Positions 14,580 through 31,144 of a stretch of 64,000 nt of DNA are shown in pieces. The DNA is from Eledone cirrhosa (Eukaryota): NCBI GenBank assembly GCA_964016885.1, contig OZ024754.1, forward strand, positions 36,828,001 through 36,892,000, in the 5' to 3' direction. Numbering within the stretch: the first letter of the stretch is position 1; every line of letters begins with the position of its first letter. The notes under the pieces were generated by a model. That model had not been told where the DNA came from. It did not search any database and was given only the letters and a program-made list of their open reading frames with translations. A program made the translations under genes and the position numbers.

Positions 14580-16000
14580 TGGTGGTGGTGGGTGTGGTGG
14601 TGGTGTGGGGGTGATGGTGGTGTGGAGGGTGTTGGTGTGGGTGGTGGTGGTTGTGGTGGTGGTGGTGTTGGTGGTGTGGAGGGTGTTGGTGTGGGTGGTG
14701 GTGGTTGTGGTAGTGGTGTGGTAGGGGTGATGGTGGTGTGGGTGGTGTTGGTGTGGGTGGTGTTGGTGTGGGTGGTGGTGGGTGTGGTGGTGGTGGTGAT
14801 AGTAGTGTTGGTAGTGATGATAATGATGGTGGTGGTGGTGGTGGTGATGATAATGGTGGTGGTGGTGATAATGGTGGTGGTGGTCGTGGTGGTGGTAGTG
14901 ATGATAATGGTGGTGGTGATTGTCGTGATAATGGTGGTGGTGGTGGTAGTGATAATGGTGGTGGTGGTGATGATAATGGTGATGGTGGTGGTGATAATGG
15001 TGGTGGTGGTCGTGATAATGGTGGTGTTGATACTGGTGGTGATGGTCGTGATAATGGTGGTGGTGGTGGTGATAATGGTGGTGGTGATGGTAATAGTGGT
15101 GGTGGTGGTGGTGATGATAGTGAAGATAATGGTGGTGGTGGTGGTGACTGGAGAAAGAGGAGGTGGAAGAGAACAATAACAATTTGGTGGACAGGGGAAC
15201 ATTCCAGGAAATTTTCCTGCAGCCTTTTCCTAATTGTTCAGCATCACCATTGCCTCTACACCACCATAACCGCCACCACCACCACCACCATTGCCTCTAC
15301 ACCACCATAACCGCCACCACCACAACCACCATTGCCTCTACACCACCATAACCGCCACCACCACCACCACCATTGCCTCTACACCACCATAACCGCCACC
15401 ACCACAACCACCATTGCCTCTACACCACCGCCACAACCATTGCCTCTACACCACCATAACTGTCACCACCACCACCGCCATTGCCTCTACACCACCATAA
15501 CCGCCACCACCACTACCATTGCCTCTACACCACCATAACCGCCACCACCACTGCCTCCACCACCATTGCCTCTACACAACCACCACCACCATTGCCTCTA
15601 CACCACCATAACTGCCACCACCATTGCCTCTATTACCACCACCACCACTGCCTCTACACCACCACCACTGCCTCTACACCACCACCACCTCTACACCACC
15701 CCCACCACTACACCACCACCACTGCCTGTACATCACCACCAGCAGCGCCTCTAAACCACCACCTCTACACCACTGCCTCTACACCACCACCACCACTACC
15801 TCTACACCACCCCCACCACTACACCACCACCACTGCCTGTACATCACCACCAGCAGCGCCTCTAAACCACCACCTCTACACCACCACTACCTCTACACCA
15901 CCCCCACCACTACACCACCACCACTGCCTGTACATCACCACCAGCAGCACCTCTAAACCACCACCTCTACACCACCAACACCACCCTATTAACCAGTCGA
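14580..16000. repeat. (GGT)n-like tract and downstream (ACC)n-like compound tract
   Basis: 14580-15147 ggt/gat repeats; 15245-16000 accaccattgcctctac repeats. Confidence 0.93.
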
Positions 16001-16399
16001 CCAACCCCTCTCCCTCACTAACAACACACCACCACTGCCCTACTAATCAGTCAACCCCCCACTAAAAAAACCCACCACCGCCGCCCTATTCAGTCAACCA
16101 CTAACCCCCTCCCCCACTAACAACAAAAGGAAAAATAGTCATGTGACAGAGAGGGGAGGAAGTGTTTGGTAAGTACATAGTAGTATGGTAGAGAAGAGAG
16201 AGAGGGTGTATGAGAGAGAGAGGGTGTGTGAAAGAGAGACGGGAGAGACAGAGAGAGAAGGGAGAGAGAAGGGAGAGAGATGGAGAGAGAGATAGGGAGA
16301 GAGATAGGGAGAGAGATAGGTGTAGTGGGATGTAGTGGTGCAATGAATAGTCAATAGGTTTTATAAGTCCCACATTGTACCAGACTATATAGAGTGGAG

Positions 16400-16520
16400 T
16401 TGTGATATCCTTGGTCCTAGGGCCACCTCCCTTCTCACCACCATTGGTGCAGAACTGGCCAGCCGCAGGTGGGATAGCTCTTCCAGCGCATCTCCCTCAC
16501 CATCCTCCGGGGCCGTAGAA
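16400..16520 (+). pseudogene. CRE-clade retrotransposon C-terminal (RLE) fragment, internally deleted
   Basis: tccttggtcctagggccacctcccttctcaccaccattggtgcagaactggccagccgcaggtg aligns directly with 63667-63730 (ILGPRATSLLTTIGAELASRR). Confidence 0.8.
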
Positions 16521-16607
16521 GAGGGTGGGGTGCAGCGCTTGGAACCCCATAAAGATGAAAGGCAAAGTTAACCTCGGCAGGATTTGAACTCAGATCATAA
16601 CACTATA

Positions 16608-18326
16608 GGTAACCCTGTCTGTAGTTAACACTGTCTGTAGTTAACCCTAGTGTTGTCTGTAGTTAACACTGCCTGTAGTTAACACTGTCTGTAGTTAACA
16701 CTGTCTGTAGTTAACACTGCCTGTAGTTAATACTGTCTATAGTTAACCCTAGTGTTGTCTGTAGTTAACCCTGTCTGTAGTTAACACTGTCTGTAGTTAA
16801 CCCTAGTGTTGTCTGTAGTTAACACTGTCTATAGTTAACACTGTCTGTAGTTAATCATGTCTGTAGTTAACACTGCCTGTAGTTAATACTGTCTATAGTT
16901 AACCCTAGTGTAGTCTGTAGTTAACCCTGTCTGTAGTTAACACTGTCTGTAGTTAACCCTAGTGTTGTCTGTAGTTAACACTACCTGTAGTTAACACTGT
17001 CTGTAGTTAACCCTAGTGTTGTCTGTAGTTAACACTGCCTGTAGTTAATACTGTCTATAGTTAACCCTAGTGTAATCTGTAGTTAACCCTGTCTGTAGTT
17101 AACACTGTCTGTAGTTAACCCTAGTGTTGTCTGTAGTTAACACTACCTGTAGTTAACACTGTCTGTAGTTAACCCTAGTGTTGTCTGTAGTTAACACTGC
17201 CTGTAGTTAACACTGTCTGTAGTTAACCCTGTCTGTAGTTAACACTGTCTATAGTTAACCCTAGTGTTGTCTGTAGTTAATACTGTCTATAGGTAACACT
17301 GTCTGTAGTTAACCGTCTATAGTTAACTCCCTGTCTGTAGTTAACACTGTCTGTAGTTAACCCTGTCTATAGTTAACCCTGGTGTTGTCTGTCGTTAACC
17401 CTATCTGTAGTTAATACTGTCTATAGTTAACCCTAGTGTTGTCTGTAGTTAATACTGTCTATAGTTAACCCTAGTGTTGTCTGTCGTTAATACTGTCTAT
17501 AGTTAACCCTAGTGTTGTCTGTAGTTAACCCTGTCTGTCGTTAATACTGTCTATAGTTAACCCTAGTGTTGTCTGTAGTTAACTCTGTCTGTAGTTAACC
17601 CTGTCTATAGTTAATACTGTCTATAGTTAACCCTGTCTGTAGTTAACCCTGTCTATAGTTAATACTGTCTATAGTTAACCCTGTCTGTAGTTAACACTGT
17701 CTATAGTTAACACTGTCTATAGTTAACACTGTCTATAGTTAACACTGTCTATAGTTAACACTGTCTATAGTTAACACTGTCTATAGTTAACACTGTCTAT
17801 AGTTAACACTGTCTATAGTTAACCCTGTCTGTAGTTAACCCTGTCTGTAGTTAACACTGTCTATAGTTAACCCTGTCTGTAGTTAACACTGTCTATAGTT
17901 AACCCTGTCTGTAGTTAACACTGTCTATAGTTAACCCTGTCTGTAGTTAACACTGTCTATAGTTAACCCTGGTTTTGTCTGTAGTTAACACTGTCTATAG
18001 TTAACCCCGTCTGTAGTTAACACTGTGTATAGTTAATCCTAGTGTTGTCTGTAGTTAACACTGTCTGTAGTTAACACTGTCTATAGTTAACACTGTCTAT
18101 AGTTAACCCTAGTGTTGTCTGTAGTTAACACTGTCTATAGTTAACCCTGGTTTTGTCTGTAGTTAACACTGTCTATAGTTAACCCTAGTGTTGTCTGTAG
18201 TTAACACTGTCTGTAGTTAACACTGTCTGTAGTTAACACTGTCTGTAGTTAACACTGTCTGTAGTTAACACTGTCTATAGTTAACACTGTCTATAGTTAC
18301 CCTAGTGTTCTCTGTAGTTAACCCTA
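16608..18326. repeat. Minisatellite, 16-bp unit with 22-bp variant
   Basis: gttaacactgtct(g/a)ta and gttaaccctagtgttgtctgta; most units carry the GTTAAC palindrome. Confidence 0.97.
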
Positions 18327-18838
18327 CCATCTCAGTCTACTGGATATGGCTGGTTTAAATGCTAAAGGGTTAAACAAACTATTTACATTCACACAGGGCT
18401 GTCAGATTGGTGTAATCAATGCAATGAACCCCAAAAGAAAACTGGTATCTACTTTATTAACATAGAGGAATGAAAGGTAAAATCATCCCTGGTAATTAAA
18501 CTTAGAACATTGAGGAGCAGGTATTTAATCCTTTGTTACCAACCCATCCCAAAACAGTTTGGATTTTACGAAACAAACCCAACTATTTTAAAGGGTTCCT
18601 ATTTAAATCAAAATCTTGCAACATTATTTTATACAAGAATTGTAAGTTAAATTACTTTTGTTGTAATGAAATAAAAATATTAGTAAATTCTTCAAAAGTA
18701 TTCAGTAATTAATTGAAATAGTGTGTAGCTCTTTACAAAAGTGTTAAAACATTTCATCAATTTTTCCTAAATCATTTCTGCAATGATACTCATGTCAAAT
18801 ACACTGAGATTCAGACATAGTAGCATCTTATTTTTCAT

Positions 18839-19023
18839 AATTGTTTCTACTTTAGGCACAAGGCCAGCAATTACCCAGTGCATTACTGGTACTTTATTTT
18901 ATCGACCCCGTAAGGATGAAAGGCAAAGTTAACCTTGGCGGGATTTGAACTCAGATTGGAAAGGGCCATAACTTTATGCATCAAAGCATGGCGTCCGACC
19001 CTCTACCAATACTGCCAATCCAC
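18839..19023 (-). mobile_element. Nin-domain tRNA-derived SINE, young subfamily
   Basis: Minus strand: A box TGGCAGTATTGG, B box GAGTTCAAATCC, Nin-like core GCCTTTCATCCTTACGGGGTCGATAAAATAAAGTACCAG. Confidence 0.9.
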
Positions 19024-19109
19024 TTATTTAATTTACCAAAAGAACATCCAGCTTAGATTTCTCTTTCACCTTCCTCTATATTGCTCTATTCCTCATTTAC
19101 CAGTTGTTC

Positions 19110-20110
19110 ATCATCATCATCAGCATCATTGTTTAATGTCCATTTATCACACTTGTATGGGTTAGACGGGTTGTCATGTTATGAAACAAGTCAGATCTGG
19201 AAACCATGTCATGCTCATATGAATCTGGATTTCGACTTGGTTTCTACTTCCTAACACCAACCACATTACAGTGTGGACTGGGTGCTTTTTGTTATTTCAC
19301 CAATACATCCATCTGACAGTGTAGACTGGGCACTTTTTGTTGTGTCACCAGCATGACCTCCTTACATGTAGACTGGGTGCTATTTGTTGTGTCACCAGCA
19401 TGACCACCTTACATGTAGACAGTGCTTTTTGTCATGTCACCAGCATGGACCACCTTACAGTGTAGACTGGGCACTTTTTGTTGTCACCAGCATGACCACC
19501 TTACAATGTAGACAGTGCTTTTGTCATGTCACCAGCATGGACCACCTTACAGTGTAGACTGGGCACTTTTTGTTGTGTTACCAGCATGGACCACCTTACA
19601 GTGTAGACTGGGCACTTTTTGTTGTGTTACCAGCATGGACCACCTTACAGTGTAGACTGGGCACTTTTTGTTGTGTTACCAGCATGGACCACCTTACAGT
19701 GTAGACTGGGCACTTTTTGTTGTGTTACCAGCATGGACCACCTTACAGTGTAGACTGGGCACTTTTTGTTGTGTTACCAGCATGGACCACCTTACAGTGT
19801 AGACTGGGCACTTTTTGTTGTGTTACCAGCATGGACCACCTTACAGTGTAGACTGGGCACTTTTTGTTGCGTTACCAGCATGACCTCCTTACATGTAGAC
19901 TGGGTGCTTTTTGTTGTGTTACCAGCATGACCATCTTCCAATGTAGACCAAGTGCTTTTTCTCATGTCACTAATATGACCACCTTACAGGATGTACTGGG
20001 TGCTTTTTCTCATATCTCCAACATGACCACCTTACAGGATGGACTCGGTGCTTTTGTTGTTGTGGCACTGGATCAGCATACAGGATGTGGACTTTGTGCT
20101 TTTTGTCATG
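19110..20110 (-). repeat. RTE-derived short element running into a 49-bp minisatellite made from its own 5' part
   Basis: Element at 19110-19290; unit accttacagtgtagactgggcactttttgttgtgttaccagcatggacc matches element sequence ttacagtgtggactgggtgcttttt. Confidence 0.85.
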
Positions 20111-20224
20111 GCAGTGGCATTGTGGGAGATCAGATGTTGAGCGTGTCGAGCTTTCATGGGTTGGGCAGGTGAGTTGTATCAGAAGTTGCTACAATGTCAT
20201 TATTGGCTTTGTTGAACATCACAG

Positions 20225-22140
20225 TTGAACCTGGCTTATGTTTCCTTCATATCTATTCTAACTCTCACCATATTGAACGTGGCTTATGCCTCCTTCATAT
20301 CTATTCTAACTCTCACCATATTGAACGTGGCTTATGTCTCCTTCATATCTATTCTAACTCTCACCACATTGAACATGGCTTATGCCTCCTTCATATCTAT
20401 TCTAACTCTCACCATATTGAACGTGGCTTATGCCTCCTTCATATCTATTCTAACTCTCACCACATTGAACATGGCTTATGCCTCCTTCATATCTATTCTA
20501 ACTCTCCCCATATTGAACGTGGCTTATGCCTCCTTCATATCTATTCTAACTCTCACCATATTGAACGTGGCTTATGCCTCCTTCATATCTATTCTAACTC
20601 TCACCACATTGAACATGGCTTATGCCTCCTTCATATCTATTCTAACTCTCACCACATTGAACATGGCTTATGCCTCCTTCATATCTATTCTAACTCTCAC
20701 CATATTGAACGTGGCTTATGCCTCCTTCATATCTATTCTAACTCTCACCACATTGAACATGGCTTATGCCTCCTTCATATCTATTCTAACTCTCCCCATA
20801 TTGAACGTGGCTTATGCCTCCTTCATATCTATTCTAACTCTCCCCATATTGAACATGGCTTATGCCTCCTTCATATCTATTCTAACTCTCCCCATATTGA
20901 ACGTGGCTTATGCCTCCTTCATATCTATTCTAACTCTCCCCATATTGAACGTGGCTTATGCCTCCTTCATATCTATTCTAACTCTCACCATATTGAACGT
21001 GGCTTATGCCTCCTTCATATCTATTCTAACTCTCACCATATTGAACGTGGCTTATGCCTCCTTCATATCTATTCTAACTCTCACCATATTGAACGTGGCT
21101 TATGCCTCCTTCATATCTATTCTAACTCTCACCATATTGAACCTGGCTTATGCCCCCTTCATATCTATTCTAACTCTCACCATATTGAACGTGGCTTATG
21201 CCTCCTTCATATCTATTCTAACTCTCACCACATTGAACGTGGCTTATGTTTCCTTCATATCTATTCTAACTCTCCCCATATTGAACGTGGCTTATGCCTC
21301 CTTCATATCTATTCTAACTCTCACCATATTGAACCTGGCTTATGCCTCCTTCATATCTATTCTAACTCTCACCATATTGAACGTGGCTTATGCCTCCTTC
21401 ATATCTATTCTAACTCTCACCATATTGAACCTGGCTTATGCCTCCTTCATATCTATTCTAACTCTCACCATATTGAACCTGGCTTATGCCTCCTTCATAT
21501 CTATTCTAACTCTCACCATATTGAACATGACTTATGCCTCCTTCATATCTACTCTAACTCTCCCCTTATTGAACATCACAGTTGAACCTGGCTTACATTT
21601 CCTTCATATCTATTCTAACTCTCCCCTTATTGAACATCACAGTTGAACCTGGCTTACATTTCCTTCATATCTATTCTAACTCTCCCCTTATTGAACATCA
21701 CAATCGAACCTGGCTTACATTTCCTTCATATCTATTCTAACTCTCCCCTTATTGAACATCACAGTTGAACCTGGCTTACATTTCCTTCATATCTATTCTA
21801 ACTCTCCCCTTATTGAACATCACAATTGAACTTGGCTTACATTTCCTTCATATCTATTCTAACTCTCCCCTTATTGAACATCACAGTTGAACCTGGCTTA
21901 CATTTCCTTCATATCTATTCTAACTCTCCTCTTATTGAACATCACAATTGAACCTGGCTTACATTTCCTTCATATCTATTCTAACTCTCACCTTGTTGAA
22001 CCTAGCTTACATTTCCTTCATATCTATTCTAACTCTCACCTTGTTGAACCTAGCTTACATTTCCTTCATATCTATTCTAACTCTCACCTTGTTGAACCTA
22101 GCTTACATTTCCTTCATATCTATTCTAACTCTCACCTTGT
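20225..22140. repeat. Minisatellite, 48-bp unit (59-bp variant on the right)
   Basis: ttgaacgtggcttatgcctccttcatatctattctaactctcaccata; the 59-bp form adds ttgaacatcac. Confidence 0.97.
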
Positions 22141-22525
22141 TGCTTTCACAGTTCAATTCTTTCAACATTTGTTCCAGTTCATGAACATTATTTGAGAGAA
22201 GTCTGTTATCAGCAATGCGTGAATAACTCATGACTTCACAAACTATTTTTTCATTCTTTTAATTATCCCACTTAAGATTTATAAATATGTCATTCAGTGC
22301 ATTATTAAAGATTAGGAGGGATGTTATTATATCCCCTTCTTTTGATATTGATCCTTTTACTTTCAGTATGGCGTCTTATTTTTTATGTACCCTGGTTATA
22401 GATTTTCAGAAATAATTTCTATTTAAGGTTGCTATATTCCCTGAACAATAACAGCTACAGACACAGCTGGGTTTTCAATACTATCAAAGGTTTTCACATA
22501 ATCAATAAAACCTAAACACAATAGG
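22140..22525 (-). pseudogene. Decayed RTE-clade LINE reverse transcriptase
   Basis: Minus strand with frameshifts: LCLGFIDYVKTFDSIE...IFNNALNDIFINLKWD...YSRIADN...SNNVHELEQMLKELNCESNKV (FIDYxKAFDS and xADD motifs). Confidence 0.8.
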
Positions 22526-22579
22526 TGTGTGTTATAATTGACCTAATACAGGTCAATTAAAGCTGAATATTAAATTGGA

Positions 22580-23680
22580 CTTTTGTTACACATCAATATG
22601 CGTTACACACGTAAGTTACACATCAATGTGTGTTAGACACCTGACAGTTACACATTAATGTGTTACACATTAATGTGTGTTACACAGCTGACAGTTACAC
22701 ATCAATGTGTGTTACACAGCTGACAGTTACAGATCAGTGAAGGTGTTACACATCAATAAGCATGTTACACAATAGCATGGTGGCTACACATCTAAGTTAC
22801 ACATCAATGAGAAGAGATTACACAACAGTAAGGGTGCTACACGTACCAAAAACTGTGTTACACAGCAAACAGTTACACATTATTGTAGGTGGGCATTACT
22901 CATACCAATAAGTGTGTTACACGTCTAATAGTTATACATCAATGAGAAGGGATTACACAACAGTAAGGGTGCTACACATACCAATAAGTGTGTTACACAT
23001 ATAATAGTTATACATCAATGAAGGAGTTGCATATATCAACAAGTGCGTTACACAACAAATACTTACACATTAATAATTATGTTACACATCTAACATCTAC
23101 ACATCAATAAGTGAGTTACACATCTAACATCTACACATCAATAATTGTGTTACACATCTAACAGTTCACATCTAACATCTACACATCAATAAGTGTGTTA
23201 CACATCTAACATCTGCATCAATAATTGTGTTACACATCTAACAGTTACACATCAATACATGTGTTACACATGTAACATCTACACATCAATAAGTGTATTA
23301 CACATCTAACAATTACACATCAATAAGTGTGTTACACAACTAACAATTACACATCAATAAGTGTCTTACACAACAGTTACACATCAATAAGTGTGTTACA
23401 CAACTAATGGCTACACATCAATAAGTGTGTTACACATCTAAGTTACATATCAATAAGTGTGTTACACAACTAACAGCTACACATCAATAAGTGTGTTACA
23501 CAACAGTTACATATCAATAAGTGTGTTACACAACTAACATCTACACATCAATAAGTGTGTTACACAACTAACATCTACATACCAATAAGTGTGTTACACA
23601 ACAAACATCTACACATCAATAAGTGTGTTACACAACAGCTACACATCAATAAGTGTGTTACACGACAGTTACATATCAAT
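22580..23680. repeat. Degenerate ~34-bp minisatellite
   Basis: acacatcaataagtgtgttacacaactaacagtt variants, more homogeneous towards the right end. Confidence 0.9.
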
Positions 23681-23914
23681 AAAATCTGAGTTTAAAGATA
23701 GAAAATAATGTAGAGAAGAACTGATAAGAGATTGCTATTCTTTTACTGATTACAGTCATTAGATTGTGGCCATGCTGGGGCACTGCCTTAAAGGTATTTT
23801 AAGTTACATGACATTAACACTAAACACAGACATGGATACACATATATAAATCAAGACACATACAGTCACAAATATATAAATTCTTGTCACCATTTTACTT
23901 TACTTTTGCCAGGG

Positions 23915-24087
23915 TTGAATGAGTTGGGTGGCAGCTTCCTCTACTCAGCTTCCTTTGTCATCTCAGCTGTGAGGTTCAGTGATATTAGCACTCACCACCT
24001 CTTCCACAGTCATCCTCGGTCTTCCTCTACAGCAGCCGCCTTCCACTGGAATTTTTGCGGCACTTTTTCATCCAACGATCACCCTCC
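23915..24087 (-). pseudogene. RTE LINE 3' fragment
   Basis: Minus strand, with a frameshift: [29 protein letters not shown], a variant of the GRGRPRKTW motif. Confidence 0.75.
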
Positions 24088-27535
<3,448 letters not shown>

Positions 27536-29014
27536 ACAGTCTTCCACACTGTTTTCATCTACCAAATTTCATAAGTCAACATGGGGTTATAGGAAAAGGT
27601 AGATGTGAATGTGTTTGTTCTTACCCCTGCCACTCAACCATTGTCCCCTCGGAACAGATAAAATATTAAATATATACAAAAGTAACACATGGTAGAAACA
27701 ACTTGATTTTCTCGTTAGTGAAAGTTAAAAATAATTATATTAACTCTTAACATCCTGTAATTATTGAGCAGATAATATATAAAAACAGGTTTGTTAATTC
27801 AAATATTGATAGTATCTTTACTAGTGGACAGATCAATGTGAAAATTAGCAATATTAGAGTAAAGACTGTATCTTTTAATGTGATGTAGCCATAGTGGTGT
27901 TTTGTACTTTTCAAGAGTGTTTTACTAATGTGGTTCCATGTGGTACAGGATGTTACGGGTTAAAACAGTAATGGTTTATAAAAGAAACTATCTGCTACAG
28001 TGAGAAAACAAACATCAAATACTACTTTCTATAATAGTGGTAACATTGATACAGGTATTAATACTACTAGAACTAACTATACAATAGCAATACTGGCACC
28101 ACAATATTGACACTATTTCTACTATGACAACAGCAACACAACACTGACATTGTGACATTGACATAACATAACTACCATTCACACAACAACTACCCCCAAC
28201 AACACAACACAACTACTCCAGCATCACTATTGACAACACAGCTACCTCCAACATCACTATTGACAACACAGCTACCTCCAACATCACAACGCCACTATTG
28301 ACATAACTACCTGCCACATCACAACACCACTAACTATTGACAACACTACTACCACCAACATCACAACACAACTATTGACACAAAATAAGTACCTCCAACA
28401 TCACAACACAACTAGGACCAATAACACAACACAACTACCACCAACATCACAACACAACCATTAAAGTGAATCAAAGAAATGTTAAAATAAACCAACTCAA
28501 AACAAATTAGATTTGAATAATTAATAAACAATTTTATTTAAGAAACTCCAAGCATGTATTTTCTACTTTCCCCCAACATCCCTACACACACATACATAAA
28601 TACACACACATACATAAATACACACACATACATAAATACACACACACATATACATAAATACACACACAGACACACACATATACATAAATACACACACAGA
28701 CACACACACACACATTTAGTTATGATAATAGAAATCCGATGAGCTTTTGAATTCTGGATTCGAGCCAGATCAATACAGATCGAATCTTGAGCTGATCAAT
28801 TGCACACACACAGAGTCCATCCTCAGTACACCCCTAATCCACACACCCACATACGTAAGTACACACATATATGTACGCACACACACACACACACACCCAT
28901 TTATTACTTTTGCTGTTTAGTTTGCCATTAATTCTGATCATAATATTCTTCAACCAAGACCATCCCATTTTTCTGTGTATCTAAGACTAAATTATCCAAT
29001 ATGTCCTTCCTTTT

Positions 29015-29232
29015 TTAACCCTTTAATGTTCAAACCGGCCAGAATTCTCTACCTCTTTCTGTTGAAACTGGCTGTAACTGGTCACTCAAACTGATGTTAG
29101 GGTATTGTTCTCAAAATAAATACTTTCAAAATCTCATAGATTTGATATTATGTGAGATAATTATGCAAAGTAAAGCTTTTACCATGAAAATATAATAGTT
29201 TATATAGAGTAATGTGAATACTAAAGGGTTAA
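29015..29232. mobile_element. piggyBac-like MITE (family A)
   Basis: TTAA-CCCTTTAATGTTCA...TGAATACTAAAGGG-TTAA; homologous to 166-382. Confidence 0.85.
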
Positions 29233-29279
29233 AGACAATTTTGTGTGATATGAAGGACATTTGGCTGCTATTTCTAGGA

Positions 29280-30683
29280 GGAAATAAGTCGATTAAATCA
29301 ACCCCAGTACTTGTTTGATTGGGGCTTTATTTTATTGACTGAAGATTGATGAAGGGCAAAGCAGGATTTGAACTCAAGATATAAAGAACCAGAAGAAATA
29401 CTACAGGGCAGATTGTTCTAGACTCTAGCAATTCTGTCAAGTCAAATAATAACAATTCTTTCTAACATTGGCACAAGGACAGAAAGTTAGGGGAAGGAGA
29501 AGTCGATTTACAAACCACAATATATAACTGGTACTTGATCAGCCCTTAGAAAGATGAAAGGCAAAATTGACTTTGGTTATTACATCAAATTATGATGGAT
29601 GGTTTTTAAATAATAATAAACACTTTAACCCTTTTGTTACAATGAAAGACAGTTTTGTTGCCATGTCTCTAATGAAAGACATTGCTTAAGATTTTCAAAT
29701 ATTTTTGAAAATAATATAGAATTTGTAGGGATTTAAAAATCTAACTAACTTTTCCATTATCAAGTTGGTGTTTGGAACATAGCAAAGGTTCTTACATAAA
29801 TTTATAATGAAAGGTTTTGGGATAAGTATAAACACTTTGAAATATCAATATACTGTATCATAAAACCAGGGGCAGTTTCAGATGGTTTGATATCAAATGG
29901 GTTAATAGCTGTGGGTGTCAGTTTAGATGAATATCAAACAAAAATGCCTTGTGGTCAATTTAATCAACTTTCCCTTCCCTCTAAATTGTTGGCCTTGTGC
30001 CTAAATCAGAAACCACTATTAATAACAATCATTGGTGCTTGGTTGGGGGTGTTAGCAGGATTGTTAGATCATCCAACACAATGTTTTGCGGGATATATTA
30101 TAGCTCTTTACATTGCAAGTTCAAATGGTCCTGTGGTCAACTGGAATAATTGCTGGCCCTGTGCCAAAAGTAGAAACAATTATTACTCTCCTGTCAAGTG
30201 TTTCAGTTGTTCAAACAATGATACGGTCTGCTCAAAAAATTAATGTTCCAAATGGTTGAGCATTCTACAGACACATGAACCGTTGCTCTCAGGGAGATTC
30301 AGCATTAGAGCGTCTAATAATGGCACAAAGCCAACGATTTGTGGGGGAAGGGGAAAATAAAATAAGTACTAGTTAAATACTAGAGTCAAAGTAATAGACT
30401 TCTCCCCCGCTCCCCTAAAATTGCTGGCCTTGTGCATAAATTAAAAACCCTTATTATCATTGTTATTGGGGTTTGGGGTGGATTGGTAGAATCATTAGAA
30501 TGTTGAGTAAGTGCTTAGCAATATTTGTCCTGGTTCATTCTGAGTTCAAATCCTATCAGGGTCATCTTTACTTTTTACCTTTCTGAGGTTGATAAAATAA
30601 AGTACCAGTAATATACTAGAATCACTATTATTAACTTTCCTTTTGCCAGAAATTACTGACCTTGTACTGATGTTAGAAATAAT
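29280..30683. mobile_element. Cluster of diverged Nin-type SINE copies in both orientations plus one family B MITE (about 29626-29905)
   Basis: Repeated ggatttgaactc / gagttcaaatcc, ggcacaagg / ccttgtgcc and gataaaataagtaccag motifs. Confidence 0.7.
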
Positions 30684-30875
30684 AATTGTTTCTACTTTTG
30701 GCACAAGGCCAGCAATTATCCCAGTACATTACTGGTACTTTATTTTATCGACCCCCGTAAGGATGAAAGGCAAAGTTAACCTCGACGGGATTTGAACTCA
30801 GATCGTAAAGGGACGTAACTATATGCTGCAAAGCATGGCATCCGACCCTCTACTGATACTGCCAATTCACCACCA
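30684..30875 (-). mobile_element. Young Nin-domain SINE with 15-bp TSD
   Basis: Full family consensus; ttagaaataa(t/c)aatt at 30673-30687 and 30876-30890. Confidence 0.9.
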
Positions 30876-31144
30876 TTAGAAATAACAATTATCAGTTATT
30901 ATGGTGTGGGGGTTGGCAGCAGGCTGAGAAGATAGTCAAGCTATACCTGTGGACCCCTAAACTTTTCTTTGCCAAAAACCCTCTCCCCCTCTACTCTATA
31001 TATTCATATTAATTTTCCCCTGGACTCACTCATCCTCCACTACAATTATACCCCCCACCCCACCCCACCCCACACACATACACCCCGGACTAGTTTATTA
31101 TACAGTTAGAATAACAATCAAAAGAGAAAAATGTTTACACTTTG

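Noticed and set aside
14483-16065. Mucin-like, poly-His and Gly-rich ORFs
   Set aside because: Trinucleotide low complexity open in many frames; no splice or domain evidence.
20194-21646. 463-aa and 473-aa repeat ORFs
   Set aside because: 48-bp minisatellite antisense to a decayed RTE RT; two frames are open by chance.
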